This document shows positions 1 to 12,197 of a stretch of DNA of 64,000 nt, piece after piece. The stretch comes from Octopus sinensis (Eukaryota). The DNA lies in assembly GCF_006345805.1 (NCBI RefSeq), contig NC_043002.1:47244001-47308000 (forward strand), read 5' to 3'. Made by a program: the position numbers and the translations under genes. The notes under the pieces are model-generated. The model worked only from the letters and a program-made list of their open reading frames with translations. It ran no database searches and was not told the DNA's origin. Each line of letters opens with the position of its first letter. Positions within the stretch are counted from its first letter, which is position 1.

Positions 1-76
1 AAGTACACATGGTCTTGGATAAATACTGGATGGACCCAATCTAAGTTGTCTATATTACTTTTCTTTTCACTGCCAG

Positions 77-140
77 AACATTAAAATAACTGAAGAACTG
101 TGCAACAATACTATTAGTGTTGGAAACCTTATTATAACTA
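77..140 (+). CDS. Weak candidate penultimate exon of the plus-strand paralog ([21 protein letters not shown])
   Basis: Acceptor ttttcttttcactgccag, open frame, and phase-1 donor a|gtaatt compatible with the 1801 exon. It does not resemble the module exons of the minus-strand gene. Confidence 0.2.
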
Positions 141-150
141 GTAATTACAG

Positions 151-224
151 TCCATCCATCCATCCATCCATCCATCCATCCGTCCGTCCGTCCGTCCGTG
201 CATCCATCCATCCATCCATCCATC
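151..224. repeat. (TCCA)n/(TCCG)n microsatellite
   Basis: Direct reading. Confidence 0.95.
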
Positions 225-715
225 GATCAGCCTTCTGAAAACTAGTTTGTGCAGACATACATACTTCTTTACTTTTTAAATTTTAGCTCCTAACTATGTA
301 AGCATCCACAATAGGGGCCGGGCCTAATTTGAGAATTTCGCTTAATTTGGGGCCATACTTATACTATCTCAAGTTTGAGATATACCCAACCCCTGGATTT
401 TAAAGCTAGTTTATTGCTTATTTTTAAAGCAAATGAATTTGTGCTAAGAGTTGAAAACATTTTATTGATGTTATGCTATAAAAAAATGGCCCACATTGGA
501 TTTCCGGAGATCAGACATGGCCCATTTGAGTCTTAGGCCATTATGCGGTAACTATTAATTCCCGATCTTAATATTTTCACTGTCCGAATTTTGATAATAT
601 AATAGACATTTGTGCCTACTATCAAAATGTATCGGACTAATCACCTGAAATTGTTGTATCGGATGCTAAAATCCAAAATAATCTTGCATTTCGAAGTATG
701 TTTTTACATGTTTGG

Positions 716-929
716 ACTTGGTGAGCTGGCAGAATCGTTAGCACACAGGGCAAAATGCTTCGCAGCATTTCGCCCGTCTTTACGTTCAGAGATCACAATC
801 CGCCGAGGTCAGCTTTGCCATTCATCCTTTCTATGAAGTAAGTACTAGTCGAATAACGTTGTCGATGTAATCGACTAGGACCCCTCACTCCCAAGTCTCA
901 GGCCTTGTGCCTATAGTAGAAGAGATTAT
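716..929 (+). mobile_element. Octopus-type SINE, degenerate
   Basis: Head gagctggcagaatcgttagc, body ccgccgaggtcagctttgcc, tail ggccttgtgcctatagtagaagagattat. The same family recurs at 25862-26075, 45130-45470 and 61786-61980. Confidence 0.75.
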
Positions 930-1800
930 AATTTATTTGTAGTGTATTCGTGGAGTAGGCTGCATGTATAAAGTTTCACAGGCTGAAAGTGTCTCAATTT
1001 TTAGACATTAAATGCTAAATATGGCTTCAAATTTAGTAAAATCCTCAAGTACGGTTCAGCACACTATTTTGACTACTCGTAAAATTAATATCATAGTTAG
1101 GAGATAAAGTATTTAAGATTGACTATGTACAAAGACCCCGTCACTTTGGACAAATTTCCAGTAATTTGGGAGACCATCTTTCAAGCCTGGTTCACATTTA
1201 TCTAGAACACCTCTGGGTTAAAATCCGAATATTTAATTACTCCTACAGACATGATAGCGATTTTAACTCGATTCACTTGAAATCACTTTTCATGATGGCT
1301 TATTCTATGTTTGTCTAAACTATATTGTCATACTGATTCATACTTTCGGGCATTTTTGTTTTTCGCTTTAACGTAATCACATCACGTTGACTTCATTAGT
1401 TTTTAGTGTCTTGATTTTTCGATTTTTGAATTTGTATTTTTTTATATAAAATCTTTGATCTGAAACTCTATTGAAACGTTATGTTTGAGAAGAGTCATAA
1501 TTAATAAAACTTATAAATAATCTCACCAGCTTCTGTTTGTTTATAGTTCACTTCTTCTTATTTTTCCGAAGCTGTTTGTTTATGACGGCAAAAATATTTT
1601 TTTCAATAATCCTGTACATTTTTAAATGCTTGGATTTTAGCAAGCATAAACAAACAACAAAGGCTTTCAAAGAAAAAAAATGTGAAATATAGCCACACAA
1701 CAACCAGTGATTTGATTTACAGGCTTTATTAAATGTGACACTTCTTAAAGAAAACAAAGTTACATTGATGCTGATACATAATTTGTATTTTCTTTTGTAG

Positions 1801-1889
1801 GCGCTGCAAATCAGAATACAGTGTTCGCCATCATATTTTCGTTTTTATTAGCAGTTCAGATGCTAGAGAAATATATTTCTCTTTCTTAA
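1801..1889 (+). CDS. Terminal coding exon of an unknown gene (paralog 1): xAANQNTVFAIIFSFLLAVQMLEKYISLS*
   Basis: Strong acceptor tttgtattttcttttgtag. It aligns codon for codon with the minus-strand exon 24544-24632, with synonymous and conservative changes and the same stop position. Confidence 0.8.
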
Positions 1890-2510
1890 AGATGAATGTT
1901 ATTGATAACAAGAAATATATATACAATCATATATATATACAAGCATAGATTTTTACACTTACGCATCACTTTCGCATAACTATAAATATAAACAATTAGA
2001 TTTTACATAACCGTTATCTCATCAGTTGTTACAAGCTTCGACATGTTCAACTGCAAACTTACTTTTTCGATGTTATTAATATTTGCTGAAAAATATCTTT
2101 CACATTCTTTAACATGTTTTGCTATAAAATAAATTTACTAATAAATATGAACAACCCTTCATACCTTTGCTAGAAATGTTTTGACCTATTGAATAAATTA
2201 ATATTTGCTGCTAAAATTGTTTGAACATTAATTGAATTAGCTCTCCCAACTTAGGACAGCATTATATTGTTATTATTCAACATCTATAACAAGCCATTTA
2301 GAATTAAAAGAAAATAAATTTATTATTATCTTGTCCAAATCGGAGGAAAAATGTCTAAACCATCCACTTCATGGATCTTCAGACGATGATCAATATGTTT
2401 GCATTGATCTATGCACAGAATGTTTCTAATTCGATCACTAAAAAATTCTGAACCATTTTCTTTAAATCTATTTTCACATGTAATGATTAATAAAAAATGT
2501 CATAAATTAC
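1890..2510 (+). other. Putative 3' UTR/flank of paralog 1
   Basis: Visible homology to the reverse complement of about 23950-24543; AATAAA at 2128, 2140 and 2192. Confidence 0.6.
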
Positions 2511-2666
2511 ACAATGTAACACATGGTTTGTTTATTTGTATTTTTTAATGCTCATATATGCATTTTTGCCACTAAATTAAAAAATCACATTCGTTTTGAC
2601 GCAACATCGATAGTTATTTATTTATTCCTAATTTCATATTTGCTCGTTATATTTGTAACTTTTCTC

Positions 2667-3386
2667 CACAGCACTTTGTTGGTTCAGTCTATTCTAGTAT
2701 TGTAAGGATAATTACACAACATTTAGTACTTTTTCATATATTGTAGGAAGTATAATATTAGTTAGAACAAAAAGAAACAATAAACTCTGCACTGTAAATG
2801 CCTTGATAACTCTTTTCTGAAGATGAGAAGTGCTTTGACGACCGAGATTTTCTGGAGTGTATACCTTCATCTCTTCTGACTAGGGACCATATATAATCTC
2901 CCATCATAGCAGTATCCCATCGTCCTTGGTATCTTCTTTCCATAGTTGCGATGTCCTGATGAAATCTTTCACCATGCTCCTCACTAATATCACACAAGTT
3001 TTCGGGGAAAAATCTAGGTGAGAGTGCAAAAAATGAACTTTTGCTATCCAGGAACAGGAGAGCTACTAAATACCTGATAAACAAGAGATACCATCAAACC
3101 TCCTGTTGTGAAAGAAAATATTGTCTATGATATGCCAGTGTTGAAGTTATCACGCATATCATAATCAGCTGCTCCAATATATCTACGAGATACTAGCTAC
3201 CCTTGAAGCATGATATAAATACAACGCTATCTGCAGGAAGGATTTGCCCCGGTGTATACATCAAAGGCATTTCATAACCAGGATGTATTCACACCTTTAA
3301 AGACAATGAATACTTGTAGAGAACTCCAATAAAAACAGCAAAACAGCAATTCGGTGCAAACATAACAGACCTGATATTGTTCTGTG
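2667..3386 (-). mobile_element. Internally deleted DNA transposon remnant, Chapaev3 (CMC)-like transposase C-terminus
   Basis: KVHFLHSHLDF (frameshift) FPENLCDISEEHGERFHQDIATMERRYQGRWDTAMMGDYIWSL at 2760-3045. Ends guessed only from cacag...ctgtg. Confidence 0.65.
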
Positions 3387-3416
3387 GGATAGGGAGCTGC
3401 ACAGCAGCTATAATGA

Positions 3417-3417
<1 letters not shown>

Positions 3418-3481
<64 letters not shown>

Positions 3482-3482
3482 C

Positions 3483-3543
<61 letters not shown>
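3418..3543. repeat. (GATA)n microsatellite
   Basis: Direct reading. Confidence 0.95.
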
Positions 3544-3789
3544 TCTATGAATACATTCAGTAATAAAACGGCGGGAAGTGAAATGGAAAGAATATTAAAT
3601 TACTGGCTGTATAAGAGCAGTTTAAAAAAAATATTCATATGGGAGTGACTATTTTTGCAAAGTATCATCAGTGGTTTCATTTTGAAAAAAGGTATATTCA
3701 AAAACTGCACTGACTTTAGTCAATGAATTTGATATTTGCTGTACCGTTTCTGCTTTCTACAGGTGTGGGGATTTATATTTAATTTTTCA

Positions 3790-4034
3790 TTTTCAATATA
3801 CACATACACACACGCATGTATGGATGCATGTGTGTATGTGTAGATCTATTTATGCATGTACATGTGTATATGTATGCATGTATGTGTCATGTATGTGTAC
3901 GCTTGTGTAATTTCGTATACATACGTGCATGCATATATAATACGTACATACATATCTGTAAGAGTTATCAGTTTGCAAATTATGTATAGGTATATGTATG
4001 TGTGCATATATATATTTGTGTGTTTATATGTCTG

Positions 4035-4123
<89 letters not shown>

Positions 4124-4138
4124 TATATATATATATAT

Positions 4139-4231
<93 letters not shown>

Positions 4232-4236
4232 TATAT
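3790..4236. repeat. Compound (CA)/(TATG)/(TATC)n/(TA)n microsatellite
   Basis: Direct reading; source of the spurious YI/YLSI ORFs. Confidence 0.95.
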
Positions 4237-7200
4237 ACTTTCGTAAATCACCCCTAAGGAATAAACACCTCAAATACCTCGACAAAGTCGCCAGAGATAT
4301 AAACAAATTTGACGCTATCCTGGTCCAATCGGATAAAACCGGGAATATATATAAGCTTGCAAAGAACCATTATTTAGAGCTGTTCAAGAAAGAAATACAT
4401 AAGAATTACAGGACAACAAATAAGAATACACTCAGACAAGCCAACTTAGAAATTAAGAAAATCATGGAAACGTACGGATTACAAATGAAAACACAACCGC
4501 TGAACCCCAGACAACCAAGATTCATCGTTAAGGACCATAAACAGAATTTTCACACCAACCCTGCATTAAGGCTCATATGCCCTTCTAGTTCTGACATCGG
4601 TACCCTTAGTAAGTACATTTTAGATAAATATATACCTATATTAATCAAAAAGTTAAAACTCAGCTTTGGTCCAACTCCGCTCAAGTCGTAGAGTGGTTTA
4701 CTGCTATTACTGATAAGGAAAACACAAAATTTATACAATTCGACATATCTAGTTTCTACCCCTCGATCAACCCTAGTGTACTCAATAAGGCCCTGTGGCA
4801 CGCGCATAATAAGGCAGGCCTCTCCAGGGAGGAAATCAATGTAATATTAGCAGCTAGAAAGTCTTTCATACAGTTCGATAATAAGTTGTGGGTCCAAAGA
4901 GACACCCCTAACGCGTTCGATGTGCTAATGGGAAGTACAGACAGCGCCCAAATAGCCGATTTGGTCGGAATTTATATTCTCTATGAATTGGCCGACCAAT
5001 TCCCGGACATCTGTGGCGGTCTATATCGGGGCGATTGTCTACTTTACCTCCAGAATGCTTCGAACCATAGAATACAGAAGATTAAGAGCAGATTAGCTAG
5101 ATTTTTTAGGAGAAAGGGCCTGAGTATAGTTTTTGACGATGAATTAACTAAAGCCAACTTCTTAGACATTACCCTAAATCTACAAAATAATTCATACTTC
5201 CCTTATCATAAGCCTTCTACTAATCTTAAATATATCAGCATTTTCAGCAACCATGCCAAAACAATTACCGATAATTTAGTTAAAAACATTCTTTAAGACT
5301 GTCGAAATTGTCTGCCAATGTCGACATCTTTAACCAGAAAGCGGAATTTTACAACGCCGCCTTATCAAAAGCCGGTTATAGAGATAAAGTATCATACACC
5401 GACCCGGCCCATTCTAAACCAATAAATGCTTCTCAGGATAAGAAAACTAATAACAATAGAAATAGTGAGAATAATGATTCCAGCTCTAACAATGTCAGCA
5501 CCCCTGTACATAAGAAAAGTAATTTACGGACCAGGGGAGGAAATAGACATCCAACCCCAAATTTCCAACATAGACATTTTCCCTTTACTGTCAATGGTAG
5601 CAATATGACCAATTCTAAATCCACAAAAAACTATATCTGGTTTGTTATACCGTTCGGGAAGCAAATCAAATCAAACCTTCCTTTACAGTTCCGTGAGGCC
5701 GTAGCTAAGAACTTTCCCGGGGATTCTAGGTATTACTCGATTATCAATTCGCATAGGGTAAGGATTGCATTCTCTAACACTAAAAATCTTTTGCAAATTA
5801 TCGCCTCCCATAATAATAAGCTGCTAAACAAAGATTCTTCACCCGGGAGTTACAACACTATTCTCACCAATTCCAACCAAACATACAATAGTAATGATAG
5901 AGGTAGTATTGATAATAACAACATTCGTAACAGCGTTAGTATTAACAATGGTAATATTAGTAATAGTATTAGTCAAATTAATAACAGTGGTAGTGTTGAT
6001 GGTAACAACGACAGCATTTCTATTGTCAGGGATATTGCCGGTGATAGTACAACTAATAATAATAACAATAATAGAAATAGTGTAGTGATCAACGCTAGCA
6101 GTAATGTTAACAGCAATCAGAACAATGGAAACTCCGTTTTAATCTCGGAGGAAAACCCTAACAGATTAAAGTTCTTATCCAGTAATTCCAAAATTAAAAA
6201 CTCCATTTACCAGTGTAGGATTTCTTCCAGTACCGGTGTCTTCTTCTATATTGGCGCGACAACTTCTCGTTTGTCCCAGAGAATTTCCAATCATTATTCA
6301 ACTTTCCGAGATAAGAGAAAACAACAGAGTACAGGACTAAATAAATTAGTTTGGCGTCTTAAGGACAGCAATATAACTTTCAAACTGGACTGGTCCATAT
6401 TATCTGTATCTTTTCCTTTTGATAAGGGCAGGAAATTCTGTGGCCTTTGTAATTCCGAAGTCTTCTTTATCCTTTTCTCAAAATTCCCCTTGGTAAACAC
6501 AATTATAGAAAAATCCTATAAGTGCAAATATTGGCAGAGACATACTTTCCTCTCATATGAATGATGATTAGTATAGATAACCTCTTCGATTTTAATAATT
6601 TAGTTTCACTTCTACAACACCACCATAGACAATTTCTTTTTTTCTACTACGTTACATGAAGAATTACTACTAAATTTGTTGGGATATGTTTTCCTTTTTC
6701 TCTGCATCTCCCCATCTCTCTCTCTCTCTCAATCTATACCCACAATCGAACACACAGACACAAATCTGTCACCTCACTACTAAATGTTTCTGACATTTGT
6801 CACCCTACACACACAGTCACGCACACACACACACACACACACACGAATCCAGTTATATACATACATACACACACACAAGCACTCAAACTCATTAACAATA
6901 GAATACACCCACGCATCCCCATACGATGCAGCTTGCACTCTATCCCCTTCCTAGAGCTTTCTCCTCCCAACCAAATTTGAACTTTTGAATTCTTTAGAAC
7001 ATTCTCCATCCAACCAACTTTGACGTCATTGCTTATAACGGGATATTTTAAAGAAACACTCATTATTACTATGGACATCATGTGGGCAGTCATCTAAAAG
7101 TTTTTGCTCTTCATGGTGCTGACATAAGTACCTTGTCTTTCCTGATGAGATGGCGGCATAATGCACCCTTTATTCCTTCGGAATTAGGAATATGCAGCCT

Positions 7201-7260
7201 TCGAAACATGTGTCGAGAGTAAAGGAATTTTGTTAAAATCGTCGTTCGACTCCATTCTTT
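4237..7260 (+). mobile_element. Penelope-like retroelement (Naiad-like), 5'-truncated: RT + GIY-YIG endonuclease + 3' UTR with HHR
   Basis: [46 protein letters not shown] (YRDD mutated), NFLDITLNL; then SIYQ...FYIGAT...RISNH and CGLC. Frameshifts and a stop at 5294-5296. Confidence 0.9.
7137..7219 (+). ncRNA. Type I hammerhead ribozyme, canonical core
   Basis: Stem I ctttc/gagag, CUGAUGA 7142-7148, extended stem II gatggc/gccttc, GAAAC 7203-7207, palindromic ACATGT, GUC 7212-7214. Confidence 0.8.
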
Positions 7261-7416
7261 CATTTATTCATAGTTAAAAAAACCCACAAATTTACACACG
7301 AGAACACGGGATCCCTGCTCTTGGCATATAGCTTCAACCGTGTTTTCTGACGTGAATTTGCTACCCAGGTATCGGTTAACCGAATTATCCATACTAGGAT
7401 AATTCATTCACCTTCT

Positions 7417-7447
<31 letters not shown>

Positions 7448-7500
7448 GAACAGGTCGCGGATTTTAGCGACGAAAATATATATATATATATATATATATA

Positions 7501-10500
7501 CTTTGATACTTTGATACTTTGATAGGTTTCGGCCATTATTGGCCCAGGCCATGTCTAACTTAATAGCACCACCTGGTGAAGTCTTTCAAGTCAGAATTTG
7601 GGCACTATGGCCCATTCAAGTAGAGAGTTATTGTTTACAGAGACATATCCGGGTGTAGGGGGTTTATCCGGGATTTCTTGAAGGAATCTGTCCAAAGACT
7701 TCTTGAACCCTATAGGTCAGTTTCTGTTTTAATGTGTTTTGGTGTAATGTTAAAGAGAGCGGGGCCAATTGAGGTGAAATAATTGTGCCGTATTGTTGTT
7801 ATGAGATGAGAGTGCGATTTTTGTTTTGGGCGGATGGCACGGGGCCCAAGCCTTGGATGTACCTTAAAGGTGATGCCAACATCATTTGGGCAATGCTGAT
7901 GGAATATTTTCCACATCATGCAGATGATGTAGCGCTCACGACGACGTTGGAGAGAATAGAGTTTTAGCTTTTCTAGTCGACCCCAATAGTCGAGGCCTGT
8001 CATGCCATCTATCTTTTTTGTGATTGCCCTTTGAGTGCTTCGACTTTTATGATACCTTGTATTGTGTGGGGAGACCACAGTGGACAACAGTATTCAAGGT
8101 GGGGTCGGGCAAAAGTGGAGAAGAGAAGGATAATGGTGTGGATATCTCTCGACTGGAAGTTCTGAGAATCCAGGAACACATTCTGCGGGCCATGTCAACT
8201 TTGGTGTTTATATGAGTGGCCCAGCTTACGTTGTTGTCCACAATTACTCCCAAGTCTCTGATGTTGTTGGACGCCGTGAGAGTTTCACCTGAAGGAAGGG
8301 AGTATGGGAGTTTCAGGGCATCCTCTTTTCCAAAGTGGATTAGCTCAAATTTATCCTCGTTCAGCAGCATATTGTTTTTTTCTGCCCATTGGATAACAGC
8401 CAGTAGATCTGACTGAAGGCATGTCCGGTCACTCGCCTCATTTATGACCTTCTGTAGCTTGGAGTCATCTGCAAAGATTTTTATGTTGCTGTGCTTGATG
8501 ATGTCATTAATGTCATTAATGTAAATGATGAAAAGAAGTGGGCCCAGCACAGTGCCTTGCGGAACGCCACTACTGACTTTGGCTGGCTTGATTTTACCCC
8601 TTCAACTACAACATGTTGAGTCTGTCTGTCTGTCAGGAAACACTTAATCCATTTCAGTAACTTTCCAGAGACACCAATGTTGGATAGTTTTTTCAATAGG
8701 ATCTTGTGATCGACCCTGTCGAAGGCCTTACTGAAATCAAGGTAGATGACATCGGTGTTGGAGCCCTCTCCCAAAGCTCTCAAAATGTCCTCAAAGTGAT
8801 GCAGGAGCTGCGTTAGGCAGTCCCTTCCATTACGGAACCCATGTTGGTTGGAGATCAGCCGTCTGTTGCTTTCCAGAAATTGGGTTATTTGAGATCTCAC
8901 CACCCTCTCAAATACCTTGATGATATGAGAGGTGAGTGAGATCGGACGGTAATTCACTGCAAGGGACTTGTTTCCCTTTTGAAAACTGGGACAACAGACT
9001 GGGACAGAAGGTTTTTTGGAATATAGCCAGCATCCAGTGAGTTTCTCCACAGATTAGCAAGGGAGATGCAAGTTGGTGTCGACACACCTTCAGGACACAA
9101 GCAGGGAACCTATCGGGGCCTACTGCTGATTGTGTTTTATTTCGTTTATCGCCGCTAAGACACATCAGGGGCACTAAACGTTATGTCCGATATAGTGTGT
9201 TGGGGGTTGACATCACTGATACAGCCCAGATCGGCCATATCAGGATTGCTGAAAACAGAGCAGTATTGTTTCTGCAGTATCTCGGCCATGGATTTGGCAT
9301 TATCTTGGAGAGTGCCAGTTTCGTCAATTAGAGGGCCTACAGTGGAGACAGTGACCCTGCGTTTCCTCGCAAATGAAAAGAACACTTTGGGGTTGAGTTT
9401 GATTTTTTCAATGGCCCACTTCTCCTCAGCTGATCTTTGGTTATTGATGAGGGACTTCATGCATTGTTGGAGGTTATATTTTTTGGATTCAAGCAGTGCG
9501 ATAGCCGTCGAATGTGTGTGTTGCTGTTGGCAGTACTTTAGTTTGTTAATTTTTTTGTTTGTTCTTTTTATTTTTCTGATAATGTTTTTCTGTTTTGGGG
9601 GATTCTGCACTTTTTGTTCACAGGTCTTGGTGGGGAGTGTTTTGCACATATGTCTGTGACGGTGTCTACAAAGATCTGCCAGATGTTTTATGGTTGGTGG
9701 AGATGTGTGTATGTGTAAGGACCAGTCAACATTTGATAGCTCGTTCCTGATTGCATCCCAGTTGGCTTTATGGAGATCCATGTTGTCAAATGGGTGGGCT
9801 GGAGGAAGGTCACTAGGATTAGCTTTCGGCTGGTGGAATTTCATGTTACAGAGAACCATGTCATGGTCTGAAAGAAGGGTTTTTTCCACTGTAACGTTAT
9901 GTATAGTGTTAGTGTGGTTACTAAACACTAGGTCCAAAATGTTCTGATGTCTTGTTGGTGCAAGGACAAGTTGGGACAAAAAAACTCATTCGTAAAGTCG
10001 AAAAGTGACTCTGCTGCTTCTTTGTCAGCGGTTGAGGCGGGAGTGCTTGGTTTCAAACAGTTTGTAGTCCAGTCAACACAGGGTAGATTGAAGTCTCCCA
10101 TCATGAGTATGTTGCTAGAATGGCACTGTTGAATAAAGCACTTAATGCTGTTGAGGCATTCTTTAAAGCACAGTATGGGTGTTTGGGGCGGCCTATAGAG
10201 TCCAATTACTGTCAGATCATTGGCTTTGTTGTGCACGGTGACTGATTCACAGTAGCCGTTGGAGAATATACTATTTCCATCTGCCGTAAATGAATCATGC
10301 AGGAAAATGGCAGTTCCACCCTTCCTCCTGCCGATACGATCCGCGCGGATGGTTGTGAAATTCTTCACTCTCACTTCGGCTTCCAAGTGGGAGTTGTCAA
10401 GGTGGGTCTCAGTGAGAATGAAGAAAGGGATGTGGTGTGAATGGTTACCAACCCAGTCTTCAATGAATTGGACCTTCCATTTTTGTGCATTGATGGAAGG

Positions 10501-11695
10501 GCTGACACCTTGTGCATTGAGTAGGAATGTGGAGGTTAGTGTAGTGGCTGGTTTTGACTGTTGCAGGGGCTTGGATTTTTTGTGTGTTTAGTGGCAGCAA
10601 TGTGGGGAATTGGTGCACTGGGGTAATAGCATAGGATGGTGTTGAGTGATGGCTAGAATGTTTTTTGTGTATCTCTTTTGCCATGTTCAACATGGCTAAA
10701 AAAGATTTTCCTGCTTAGGGAGCAGTTTTTTGCTGGAGGTGTGGTTGCACTGTTGGATAGGGTTGTAGTTTCCACTTTTGTTGTTTGTTGTTTTTTGTGT
10801 CTTCCTGAAAAGACTGACCAGCATTACTGCAGCATGGTGTGTTTCTATTTTTATTGTTATTCAGGTTTGTGTGTTGGCTTGAGGCCCCGTTTCTGTTTGT
10901 GCGTCGGGTCCCTGGAAGATGAGTGAAGGGACAGTCACTCAGTAGACATGTTCTCTCACGTTGGGAATACCGGCAGATTTTGGGACTCCGAGTTGTGTGT
11001 TTTTTGAATTTCGATTTACTATTTGGTGGTGTTGATGTTATTGTGGGATGCGTGCTTTGCCTTGGCCAGTAGTGCGTCTAGTGCCGGGTAGATGCGTGAA
11101 GATGCAGTCACTATTTGTGCAGAGTCTCTGGCGCAGTGAATAGCGGCATATTTGGGGATTTCTTGTTTGTGGTGCCGGGGGGCGCATTCTGCTTCCTATG
11201 TTTCTTTAAGTTTTTGTTACTGCAGTAGTATTGAGGTTGTGATGTGGGGGAAGAGGGCAGTGGTTTCTTATTTGGTTTTCTGTTGGTATTTTTGGTGATA
11301 GAAGACGATGGTGGCAGCGGTGGTGATGATGATGATGATAATTGTGTGGTTGCTGTGAGAGCGGTGAAAAGATACTGGCATTTAGTGAATCGTCTAGTAA
11401 GCTAGAGTTGAGGAGTGGCTGTTGTTGTTCTTGTTGCTGTGGCTGTTGTTGTTGTTGTTGTGCCTGACCGATGTCAGGTCAGCCATTGTGTTGGGAACCA
11501 GGAGTGGCTCATTCTGTTGTTGTTGTTGTTGTGGCTGCTGATTTTCTAGCTGTTGTTGTTCTTGAACTGTGAAAATATGTAGAAGCTTTTCATAATGGCC
11601 TCTTATCATTTTGAAAGATACTTCGATATGTTTCAACTTGCTACGAATCTGTTTGACGGATCGTGGTGTTGACCACTTGTGATGTTTTTTCGGCA

Positions 11696-11696
<1 letters not shown>
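7501..11696 (-). mobile_element. Near full-length CR1-type LINE (ORF1 + APE-RT ORF2), frameshifted
   Basis: GGTAIF, MGDFNLP, PTRHQNILDLVF, NYRPISLTS, QHGFRNGRDC, YLDFSKAFDRVDH, LGPLLFIIYIND, IFADDSKL; 8-bp (TATCAAAG)x3 tail at 7501-7524; ORF1 CCCH finger near 11080-11155. Confidence 0.9.
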
Positions 11697-11736
<40 letters not shown>

Positions 11737-11758
11737 ATATATACATATATTATATATA

Positions 11759-11803
<45 letters not shown>

Positions 11804-11847
11804 TTTATATATATATATATACATGTATTTGTATATACATACATACA

Positions 11848-11897
<50 letters not shown>

Positions 11898-11925
11898 TTG
11901 CATATATATACGTATCACATATGTA
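11697..11925. repeat. (TA)n-rich microsatellite
   Basis: Direct reading. Confidence 0.95.
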
Positions 11926-11927
11926 TA

Positions 11928-12138
11928 TTGGGTTGTCCGGAATGTTCGTGCCGATTTTTAAAGGAAAAAAAAGGAGTGGCTGTGTGGTAAGTAGCTTGCT
12001 TACCAACCACATGGTTTCGGGTTCAGTCCCACTGCGTGGCACCTTGGGCAAGTGTTTTCTACTATAGCCTCGGGCCGACCAAGGCCTTGTGAGTGGATTT
12101 GTGTTGACAGAAACTGAAAGAAGCTTGTCGTATATATG

Positions 12139-12197
<59 letters not shown>

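Noticed and set aside
2414-2420. cacagaa as the left TIR of the Chapaev-like element
   Set aside because: This position lies within the stretch homologous to paralog 2's 3' flank, so it is host sequence.
3856-4257. Long YI/YLSI/HT/poly-K/poly-R ORFs here and at 11679-12250, 20171-20943, 22055-23959, 37976-39759 and 63002-63948
   Set aside because: Translations of microsatellites, not genes.
6440-6570. Selenoprotein-type (UGA for Cys) Naiad endonuclease
   Set aside because: The Cys codons in CGLC and YKC are intact; the TGA TGA at the end is a normal stop, not at a Cys position.
11971-12050. tRNA gene
   Set aside because: Only the A/B-box head of a SINE; no complete cloverleaf.
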